Part shown: positions 50,660 to 59,900 of the stretch, one piece after another
How the letters are laid out: each line of letters opens with the position of its first letter
Position numbering within the stretch: the first letter of the stretch is position 1
NCBI GenBank assembly: GCA_050018395.1
Contig: JBEKAC010000001.1
Location: forward strand, 6,192 to 70,191
Source of the DNA: Dehalococcoidales bacterium
Lineage (GTDB): Bacteria > Chloroflexota > Dehalococcoidia > Dehalococcoidales > RBG-16-60-22
Reading direction: 5' to 3'
Length of the DNA stretch: 64,000 nucleotides
Position numbers and translations under genes: made by a program
Notes under the pieces: generated by a model
Database searches by the model: none
The model's input: the letters and a program-made list of their open reading frames with translations, nothing else
What the model was told of the DNA's origin: nothing

Positions 50660-52150
50660 CTAGTACCACCTCTGTATAACGACTTTGCCTTCGGTAAAGA
50701 AACGCACGGCGTCTTTGCCCTGCCCGTGTAGAATCCCGAAGAAAGAATCTTTCATGCCGCCAAACGGGAAAAAAGCCATGGGCGCCGTGATGCCGATGTT
50801 GATGCCTATGTTGCCTGATTCTACGCGGTACTGGAATTCCCGCGCCGCCTTGCCGTTAGAGGTGAAGATGGCGTTCCCGTTGCCGTACCGGCTGTTATTG
50901 ATTGTTTTGATTGCCGTATCGAGGTCTTTTACCCGCATTACGCTGGCCACCGGCCCAAAGATTTCCTCCCGGGCTATCGTCATGTCGGGAGTCACATTTT
51001 CGAAGATGCTCGGCCCTAGGAAGCAAGTATCGGGGTAGTCGCCGATTATTTTCGGCTTCCGGCCGTCGAGAATGAGCCTGGCCTTTTCGGCGATGCCCTT
51101 TTGAATGTAGCCCAGCACCCTTTCTTTGCCATCGACCGACTGCATCGGGCCCATCTGGATAGCGTCATCCAGCCCGTAACCGACTTTTATCTTGGCTACC
51201 GCTTCGGCAAATGCATCCACGAATTTGCGGTAGAAAGCATCATCCCCGATGATTACCAGGTTGGCGCCCGAAAGACAGCGCTGTCCCGTGCAGCCGTAGA
51301 AAGAGGTCAGCAGCGCCGGGATGGTTGCCGTTACGTTGGCGTCCTGCATGACTACCATGAAATTTTTGGCGGCGCCCTGGACGATAGCTCGCTTGCCGGT
51401 TTCGCCGCATTTCTTGTAAACGACATCCCGCCCTACCGCCGTTGTCCCCACAAAAGTTACCCCTTTAACGTCCGGGTTATCCAATAAAGCTACGGCGGCA
51501 TCGCCTCCCCCGTTCACCAGGTTGTACACGCCGGCCGGTATATCGGCTTCCTCAATGAGTTCTGCCAGCTTTATCTGGCTGATGGGGTCCCTGGGCGAGG
51601 GTTTGCACACAAAGGTATTACCCGTGGCCATGGCAAAGGGGGAAAACCAGAGCGGCACCATAAACGGGAAGTTAAATGGGGCGATATGGCTGAAAACTCC
51701 CAGCGGCTGGTAGATAACATATTCGTCGATGCCGGAAGCGATGTCCTCCAGGTTATAGCCCATCATCAAGGATGGTATTCCGGAGGCTACTTCGACCATC
51801 TCAACACCCCGCCTCGTCTCCCCTCTGGACTCGTCGATGGTCTTGCCGTGCTCCATCGTTTGTACGCAGCTTAATTCTTCAAAGTGCTCTTCCAGCAGCT
51901 CACGTAATTTAAAGAGGTATCTGGCCCTTACCAGCGGCGGTGTCCGGCGCCACTCCGGGAACGCTTCTTTAGCGGCGGCGACGGCCGCGTTTACCTCATC
52001 CGGGGAAGACATCGGCACTTTAGCGATTGTTTTTTGGGTGGCGGGGTTCTTTACATCAAGTGTCTTACCCGAGGTCGATTTTACCCACTTGCCACCGATA
52101 TAATTTTTAAGCTCCAGGACTTCCTTGATTGGCTCATTTAACAAAGACAT
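50660..52150 (-). CDS. mmsA: CoA-acylating (methyl)malonate-semialdehyde dehydrogenase
   Basis: PFNFPFMVPLW, AKNF.VV, GC.GQRC, EEIFGPV, GNG.AIFT, PMAFFPFGG.KDSFFG.LHGQG. Confidence 0.85.
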   Translation of the reverse strand: MSLLNEPIKEVLELKNYIGGKWVKSTSGKTLDVKNPATQKTIAKVPMSSPDEVNAAVAAAKEAFPEWRRTPPLVRARYLFKLRELLEEHFEELSCVQTMEHGKTIDESRGETRRGVEMVEVASGIPSLMMGYNLEDIASGIDEYVIYQPLGVFSHIAPFNFPFMVPLWFSPFAMATGNTFVCKPSPRDPISQIKLAELIEEADIPAGVYNLVNGGGDAAVALLDNPDVKGVTFVGTTAVGRDVVYKKCGETGKRAIVQGAAKNFMVVMQDANVTATIPALLTSFYGCTGQRCLSGANLVIIGDDAFYRKFVDAFAEAVAKIKVGYGLDDAIQMGPMQSVDGKERVLGYIQKGIAEKARLILDGRKPKIIGDYPDTCFLGPSIFENVTPDMTIAREEIFGPVASVMRVKDLDTAIKTINNSRYGNGNAIFTSNGKAAREFQYRVESGNIGINIGITAPMAFFPFGGMKDSFFGILHGQGKDAVRFFTEGKVVIQRWY

Positions 52151-52179
52151 GTGCTGGTCACCCTCCTATTTTATTTCTA

Positions 52180-53340
52180 TCAATAAGCCTGTCGGTAAAT
52201 TCCGGCCATTTCTTCTCTGGTGGCTATCCTCGGGTTATTATCGGGACTGCCGCTGGCTATAGCTGCATCTATCATCTGGGGAATCAACTCATTGAATCTG
52301 GTTTTATTGATATCCAGGTCGCGAAGCCGGGGTATCTCGAGTTGTTTGATCAGTTTCCTCACGGCCAGTGCTCCCTTTTCCGCCGCGGTCATATCGTCCA
52401 GTCCCGCCACATTTTCTCCAATAGCGGCGGCGATTTCCGCATAACGTCCGGGATTACCGGAAAGGCTGAATTCCATCACCGGTCCCAGCAACACCGCGTT
52501 AGATAATCCGTGGGCGACGTGAAAGCAGGCGCCGATAGGCCGGGACATCCCATGGACCAGGGCTACCGAGGCATTCCCGAAAGCCAATCCGGCCTGATAT
52601 GCACCGAGCATGGTTTTTTCCCGCGCCTCCAGGTTCTTACCATTCTCCCAGGACAGTGGCAAATTGACGGCGAGCAGTCTCATCGCTGATAGCGCCAGGA
52701 CATCAGTCATCGGCTGTGCTTTCCGTGATACGTAGGACTCGATGGCATGGGTCAGGGCATCCAGCCCGGTCGCCGCGGTAAGTCCGCGGGGCATGGAAAC
52801 GGTTAACATGGGGTCGATAATGGCAAGAGCCGGCATTAAATACGGGCTGGAAATCAGCATTTTGACGCTTGTTTTGGTGTTGGTAATGATGGTGAATATA
52901 GTAACTTCGCTGCCGGTGCCGGCCGTAGCCGGAACAGCTACCAGGGGCAGTCCCGGGACGGGTATCTTGTTGGCTCCCATGCAGTCTTCTATTTTACAGC
53001 GGTTCCGCGCCATGATAGAAATCGCCTTGGCGGTATCGATGGGCGTCCCTCCTCCCACAGCCAGGATGATATTGCAGCCGGCTTCTTTGAGCAGCTTGAC
53101 GCCATCTTCCACGAACTCCACCGTGGGCTCGGTGGGAAGTTTATTATAAACCTGGAACTCCAGTTTTTCGGCAGTTAAACCGGTAATTGTGTTATTTAGT
53201 GCACCCATTTTCCAGAGGATCTCGTCAGTAACGATGAAAACTTTCTTTGCTCCCAGGGCTTTGAGTTCAGCGCCGGCATTATCGGAAGAACCGCGCCCGA
53301 AGATTGTGGTAGGCATCCGGAACGTTCGTGTGCTAACCAT
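52180..53340 (-). CDS. Iron-containing alcohol dehydrogenase
   Basis: GGGTPIDTAK, TAGTGSE, DALTHAIE, VHGMS, HGLSNA. Confidence 0.92.
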   Translation of the reverse strand: MVSTRTFRMPTTIFGRGSSDNAGAELKALGAKKVFIVTDEILWKMGALNNTITGLTAEKLEFQVYNKLPTEPTVEFVEDGVKLLKEAGCNIILAVGGGTPIDTAKAISIMARNRCKIEDCMGANKIPVPGLPLVAVPATAGTGSEVTIFTIITNTKTSVKMLISSPYLMPALAIIDPMLTVSMPRGLTAATGLDALTHAIESYVSRKAQPMTDVLALSAMRLLAVNLPLSWENGKNLEAREKTMLGAYQAGLAFGNASVALVHGMSRPIGACFHVAHGLSNAVLLGPVMEFSLSGNPGRYAEIAAAIGENVAGLDDMTAAEKGALAVRKLIKQLEIPRLRDLDINKTRFNELIPQMIDAAIASGSPDNNPRIATREEMAGIYRQAY

Positions 53341-53620
53341 GTTGACACCTCTACTAAAACGTAATGTTGCCAACATTATATAGCTTACAGGTTATTTTGA
53401 GAAGTTGACATCAATATTGAAATGGTGAAACGGTGAAAACGGGAGGCCAACAGGTAGAACCTTTTCAATCTCATTTGGGTTTGCAGTTTATCAGTGGCTC
53501 ACGAGAAGTACCGGGCGGTGTGGTCGGGTGTGTGGAAATAACCATATTTTATCTGCGGACATTTGCTATTACAATTATTTCAGATATATCAGGAGGTCGC
53601 GAGAACTTTTGTTGAAGCTA

Positions 53621-53666
53621 TGGTCGGGGCGGGCAGATTTGAACTGCCGACCTTCTGAACCCCATT
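53621..53666 (-). other. att site: 3' half of tRNA-Pro(GGG)
   Basis: The minus strand reads ATGGGGT-TCAGA-AGGTC-GGCAGTTCAAATCTGCC-CGCCCCG-ACCA (anticodon loop, T-arm, acceptor 3' strand, CCA). The 5' half and D-arm are missing. Confidence 0.85.
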
Positions 53667-53674
53667 TGGCCGTG

Positions 53675-53704
53675 AAAAAAGGCGGAGGCCGCTTGCCTCC
53701 TTTT
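53675..53704. terminator. Bidirectional terminator-like hairpin next to att
   Basis: A6...GGAGGC-CGCTT-GCCTCC-T4. Confidence 0.55.
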
Positions 53705-53735
53705 CTGGACACATTATAGTATCATCGTGCTAAAA

Positions 53736-53766
53736 AGGCAATCATCTTACCAGGCAATCATGTTAC
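53736..53766. repeat. Tandem direct repeat, candidate integrase arm sites
   Basis: AGGCAATCATCTTAC / AGGCAATCATGTTAC, 16-bp period, ~70 bp inside att. Confidence 0.5.
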
Positions 53767-53917
53767 GCCCTGGCGGGCGTTTCCCAGTTCGCTCGGTTAG
53801 TCTGAAAGGTTAAGGGGCAGTTTAACTTCGCTCTTTGGGCTTAATGTAAACTGAATTGTCCAGGGAGGCGAGGAAGTGATCCTCGCCCCACTGACCTTGA
53901 GTAAATTTGGCCTTTTC

Positions 53918-56900
53918 TTATCTCACTATGTTGAAGTCTGCATCGCTGATATCGAAGACGGAACCTCCCAAGGCAACAATCCGTATTCTGGCATGAGAAG
54001 ATGCCAGCCCGGTCACTTTCCAGCTCAGGTGGCCATTACTTTGGGCGGTAGGAATGATGGTAGACCAGGTAACGCCGCCATCGCGGGATATATCTATTCT
54101 TACCTGCGATACTCCCGTCGAATCCCAGGTAATCGTCTGGGTGGAGCCAATTTTCCAGTTTTCTCCACCGTTAGGAGAGGTCACCGTAATCGATTGAACG
54201 ATATTGAAATTGGCATCACTCGTATCAAAAACAGCCGGATTAGAAACGCTTACGATCTTTATTCTGGCCTGTGATGTTGCCGGGCCGGTGACTGCCCATG
54301 ATTGAGTCCCGTCATTGGGAGTATTCGAGATAACAGGCGTCCAGCTTGTTCCACCATCTCTAGAAATCAGGATATTGACATTACCGGTAATTCCCGCTGA
54401 AGACCAGGTGATGACATGATTAGTGCCTGCCATCCAGCTTTCTCCACCATTAGGTAAAGTTAACGTAAGCGATTGAACGATATTGAAATTGGCATCGCTA
54501 ATATCAAAAACAGTCGGGTTGGAAACGCTTACCACCTTTATTCTGGCCTGTGATGTTGCCGGTCCGGTGACTGCCCATGATTGAGTCCCATCATTGGGAG
54601 TATTTGAGATAACAGTCGCCCAGCTTATTCCACCATCACGAGAGAGCAGGATATTGACATTACCGGTAATTCCCGCTGAAGACCAGGTGATGACATGACT
54701 GCTCCCCACTACCCAGCTTTCACCACCATTGGGTGAGGTCACCGTAATCGATTGAACGATAGTGAAATTGGCATCACTTGTATCAAAAACTGCCGGACTG
54801 GAAACGCTTACCACCTTTATTCTGGCCTGTGATGTTGCCGGTCCGGTTACTGCCCAGGATTGAGTCCCATCATTGGGAGTATTTGAGATAACAGGCGCCC
54901 AGCTTATTCCGCCATCCCGAGAGACAAGGATATTGACATTGCCGGTAATTCCCGCTGACAACCAGGTGATGGCATGATTAGTACCAGCCATCCAGATCTC
55001 TCCACCGTTGGGTGAGGTCAACGTAAGCGATTGAACGATATTGAAATTGGCATCACTAATATCAAAAACGGTCGGGTTGGAAACGCTTACCACCTTTATT
55101 CTGGCCTGTGATGTTGCCGGACCGGTTACTATCCAGGATTGAGTCCCGTCATTACGTGTATTTGAGATGACAGGTGTAGGCGCCCAGCTCGTTCCACCAT
55201 CCCGAGAGAGAAGGATATTGACATTGCCGGCAATTCCCGCTGACGACCAGGTGATGGCATGACTGCTCCCTACGGCCCAGCTTTCGCCGCCGTTAGGCGA
55301 AGTAACCACGATGGGATTGATGGCGAAACTGGCCGAAATAGTATGGTCACCGGTTAAGTTGGAGAATTTATAGGCAGTCACCGCACCTACCGAAGCGCCA
55401 TCCGCCAAAACATCGGCGACATGATAGTTGGTATCCGGGGTGATGGTGAAGGTCTGGTTGTCACTATATTCAACCGTGATATTACCGGAAGGCGATATGC
55501 TGCCATGGGCGCCGGCGCCGGCTTTAATGGTAAAGGTGTTACGGGTAAATGTAGCGGTGACGGTCTTGTTGCTGTCCATTGTAATGGGTGTCGGGTTGGT
55601 GGTGCCGCTTAAGTCCCCGCTCCAGCCGGCAAAGCTCCAACCCAGCTCGGGCTTGGCGGTAAGCTCTACCAGGTTGCCCTGGGCGTAATTGGATTGATCA
55701 GGGTTCCTGTCTACCGTACCCTGCCCGGTGGTATTTATGGTCAGGTTGTAGTATTGTATGCTCTGCGGTAGATAATATACGGATACCCCGCGGTTAATCA
55801 GGGTCGTGATATCCACCATGTTCTGGGAGCCGGGGTTAGTATCCAGGAAATTGTATTCTAATTCTATGCTATCACCTGACCCCAATCCCGGGTTAGCGAC
55901 GAGTGGGGATATATCGGTTATCTGGTTATTCTCCAATTCAAGATTTATCAAATTAGGTAGGTTTTGCAGGATATCGATACTGGTTATTTTATTTCCATTT
56001 AGCCATAGAATTTGAAGGCCGGTCAGGTTTTGCAGGGTATCGATATTGTCTATATGGTTACCACCAATATAAAGCGACGTAAGGCTGGTGAGGTTGTGCA
56101 AGGCATTGATATTGTCTATCTGATTGGCACTCAAGTTAAGATTTTGCAGACCGGTCAGATTTTGCAGGCCATTGATATCATTTATCTGGTTGGTATCCAA
56201 GTAAAGACATTGAAGACTTGTAAGGTTTTGTAAAGCATCGATATAGGTTATCTGATTGCTATAAAGACCGAGGAAGGTCAATTTTGTGAGATTTTGCAAG
56301 GATGAGATATCGGTTGTCTTGTTCATTCCAAGATCAAGCGAGATTAGGTTGGTCAAATGTTGCAGAGCATCGATATTGTTTATCTGATTGTTACTTAGGT
56401 TAAGACTTTGCAGGTTAGTCAGGTTTTGCAAGGCGCTGATATCGGTTATCTGGCTGCTATCTAGTCGAAGAGATGTGAGGCTGGTCAGGTTTTGCAACGG
56501 ACCTAAATTACTTATCTGATTGCCCCACAGGTAAAGAGATTGCAGGTTGGAGCAGTACTCCAAGCCGGAAAGGTTGGTGATGTTTTTGCCTCCAGCATCT
56601 ATGGAGATAATACCTAACAAGTCGCTGGCATAAATATCACCATTTGGCTTATTGATAGCGCTGCGGATAGCTGCCTCCAGGTTGTGATCGGGGAAAGTGA
56701 CCACCACTTGTTTTACGTTCTGGGGCAGATAAGTTACGTTTGCGCCGCGGTTAATCAGGGTCTGGATATCCAGCATATTTTGGGAGCCGGGGTTGGTATC
56801 CAGGAAATTGTTTTGTAAGGTGATGGAATCGCCGGAGCCCAGCCCCAAGTTAGTAACCAGAGGCGATATATCAGTTATCTGGTTGGATTCTAAGTAGAGT

Positions 56901-59900
56901 CCTTGCAGGCTGGTCAGGTTTGCCAGGGATGTTATGTCGCTTATCTTATTATTGTAGAGGACAAGAGTTGATAAATTAGTCAACTCCTTTAACACAGTAA
57001 TATCGATGATGTTGTTATAGCTTAAGTCAAGATATGATAGATTAGTCATTACGAACAAGGCGGAAATATCGCTGATTTGATTAACGTCGATGGTCAGATT
57101 CAAGAGATTAGTTAGACCAGATAATGCAGTAATATCAATGATATTGTTATAACTAAGGTTAAGATTATTTAAGTTAGTCAGATCGGACAAAGCAGAAACG
57201 TTACTTATCTGGTTACTCCAGAGGTCAAGAGTTATCAAGTTGGTCAGGTTTGACAGATGCGATATATCGGCTATCTTATTTTGTGATAAACTAAGATCTC
57301 GCAGACTGGTGAGATTTTGCAGGGCATTAATATCGTTTATCCGGTTGTTACTTAAGTCAATCCAGGTCAGGTTGGTCAGGTTTTGCAGGGCACTGACATC
57401 GCTTATCTGGTTGTTATCTAATATAAGACCTGTCAGGCTGGTCAGGTTTTGGAGCGGTGAGATATCACTTATCTGGTTACGACCTAGTTGAAGCCAATTA
57501 AGACTAGTCAGGTTTTGCAGGGCACTGATATTACTTATTTGATTGTTCCACAGTTCAAGTTCTCGCAGGTTGGTCAGGTTTTGCAGGGCGCTGATATCAC
57601 TTATCTGATTGTTCCACAGGTTAAGACTTTGCAGGTTAGTCAGGTTTTGCAGGGCGCTGATATCGGTTATCTGGCTGCTATCTAGTCGAAGAGATGTGAG
57701 GCTGGTCAGGTTTTGCAACGGACCTATATTACTTATCTGATTACCCCACAGGTAAAGAGATTGCAGGTTGGAGCAGTACTCTAAGCCGGAAAGGTTGGTG
57801 ATGTTTTTACTTCCAGCATCTAAGGATGTAAGACCTAACAGGTCGCTGGCGTAAATATCACCACTCTGCTTATTGATAGCACTGCGGATAGCTGCTTCGA
57901 GATTGGGGTCTGGGAAAGTGACAACGACCGGCGGTGGTAAGGTGATCGCCAGCGCGGTGAACGTAGCGCCGCCATCATTGGAAACGAAGATAGTACCTTC
58001 AGCACTGGTGGTGGCGTACATCCTGGAGCTGGTAGCGAAATCGTTGGTTAAGGCCAGGTAGGTCGGCCCGTCGCCGGTTAACCCGATGCTGGAACTCCAG
58101 CTGCCGATTGGCGAAACCCCCATGGGCACGGTATTCTTAACAATCATATCTTTATTGGCCAGACCGCCAAAAAGTGTGCCGTCAGCATAAGTGCCGGAAT
58201 AAACCAGACTCTGAACGGAAAAATCTGCCGGAGGCAAGAACCACGTGGGCGGGCCCATAGGTATGCCCGCACCAGTCTCCGCCGGGAGAGGAGTGCCGGC
58301 CGCCACGGCAATACGGTATACGTTATTAACGGCGAGAGCTGGATTGGCTACAATGCTCACGAAGCAGATGCGGGTGAGTATGGAGCTAGCATTGAAGTCA
58401 GATGGGAGAGCAATGGAGCTGCTGATGATATTAGCACCTGTAGAGTTGGTATCCAGAACTCTGCTATCAATAAGCGCATAAGGTATGGTTTTATCCCAGG
58501 CGGGAGTGCCGGCTATGTTATCATCACCCACCATGGTGTGCAGCACGGTGCCCGCGGCCGCGGTAGAACCGACGGCAAGTCTGGTGGAATCGAGTAGGAA
58601 GTTGGGAGAATATGCCACGCTGGTAATATCTTCGTTGAGGTTCTGGATTTTCCAGGCTTCAACGTTGTCTTTGCCCCAGATATGAACGTTGCCAAAACCG
58701 GGCGCGATTCCAACCGTGCCAACCATTATCTCACCTTCGCCATTATTGTAGATCGGGGAGACAGCGAGACTGGTACCGATGTAGCTACCAGCAGGGCCAA
58801 TGGTTCCGCCGAGGACGGAGAATAATGCACCACCGTTGGTCGAGATGTATACCTGCGGCGCGGTCGTGACGTTACCGGAGCTAAGTGCAAACACGGTATG
58901 GTCAGTCGTGTAATTCGGTGAGATTTTCAGATCCACAATCACTGCGCCTGGGATAGCAGCGGAAGCTGTCCAAGTAGAACCGCCGTCCTCAGACTTGTCG
59001 ACAATGTTACGGGCCACATTGTCAACGACAAAAACGGGGAAGTTAACCACCTGCTTAAATGTAGCGGTAATAGTCTTGCTTCCATCCATCCCTATGCCTG
59101 TTGGGCTACCAGCACCGGTAAGGTCGCCGCTCCAGCCAACAAAGACCCAGCCGGGTGCCGGGTTAGCGGTGAGCGTTATCAGTTCACCTTGTAAATAATC
59201 GGGCTTATCGGGGTCCCTGGCCACAGATCCCTGCCCAACAATATTGATGGTTAAGACACACGGTAAATAATATACGGACGCGCCGCGATCAATCAGAGCC
59301 TGAATATCCAGCATAGCCTGGGAGCCGGGGTTTGTATCCAGGGAATTGTACTGCAAATTTATGTAGTCACCTGACCCCAACCCCGGGTTAGTTACTAAAG
59401 GTGAAATATCGTTTATCTGATTGGAACCCAGGACAAGAGTTTGCAGACCGGTCAGGTTTTGCAGGGCACCGATATTGCTTATTTGATTGTTATCCAGGTA
59501 AAGACTCTGTAAATTGGTCAGGTTTTGCAGGGCACTGATATCGGTTATTTGATTGTTACTTAGGTAAAGATTTTGCAGACCGGTCAGGTTTTGCAGGGCA
59601 CTGATATCATTTATTTGGTTGTCATCCAGGTAAAGAGTTTGTAGATTGGTGAGGTTTTGCAGGGCATTGATATTGTTTATCTGGTTGTACTGCAGGTTAA
59701 GGAATTGCAGGTTAGTACAGTATTCCAGGCCGGAAAGATTAGTAATGTTTCCGAAATAAGCAATTAAGGTGGTAAGAGGCAACAGGTCGCTCTGGAAAAT
59801 ATCACCGGTTGGCTTATTGATAGCATTTCGTATAACCGTTTCCAGATGGGGGTCCGGGAAAGTGACCACCACCGGCGGCGGTAAGGTTATGGGTAGCGCG

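Noticed and set aside
53621-53700. Intact tRNA-Pro gene
   Set aside because: The 5' acceptor strand, D-arm and 5' anticodon stem are absent (GCCAA where TCTGA is needed), so it is an att remnant.
53918-59900. CRISPR array or DGR variable repeats
   Set aside because: The repeats are in-frame coding LRR/Ig units with no unique spacers, and no cas or reverse transcriptase gene is present.
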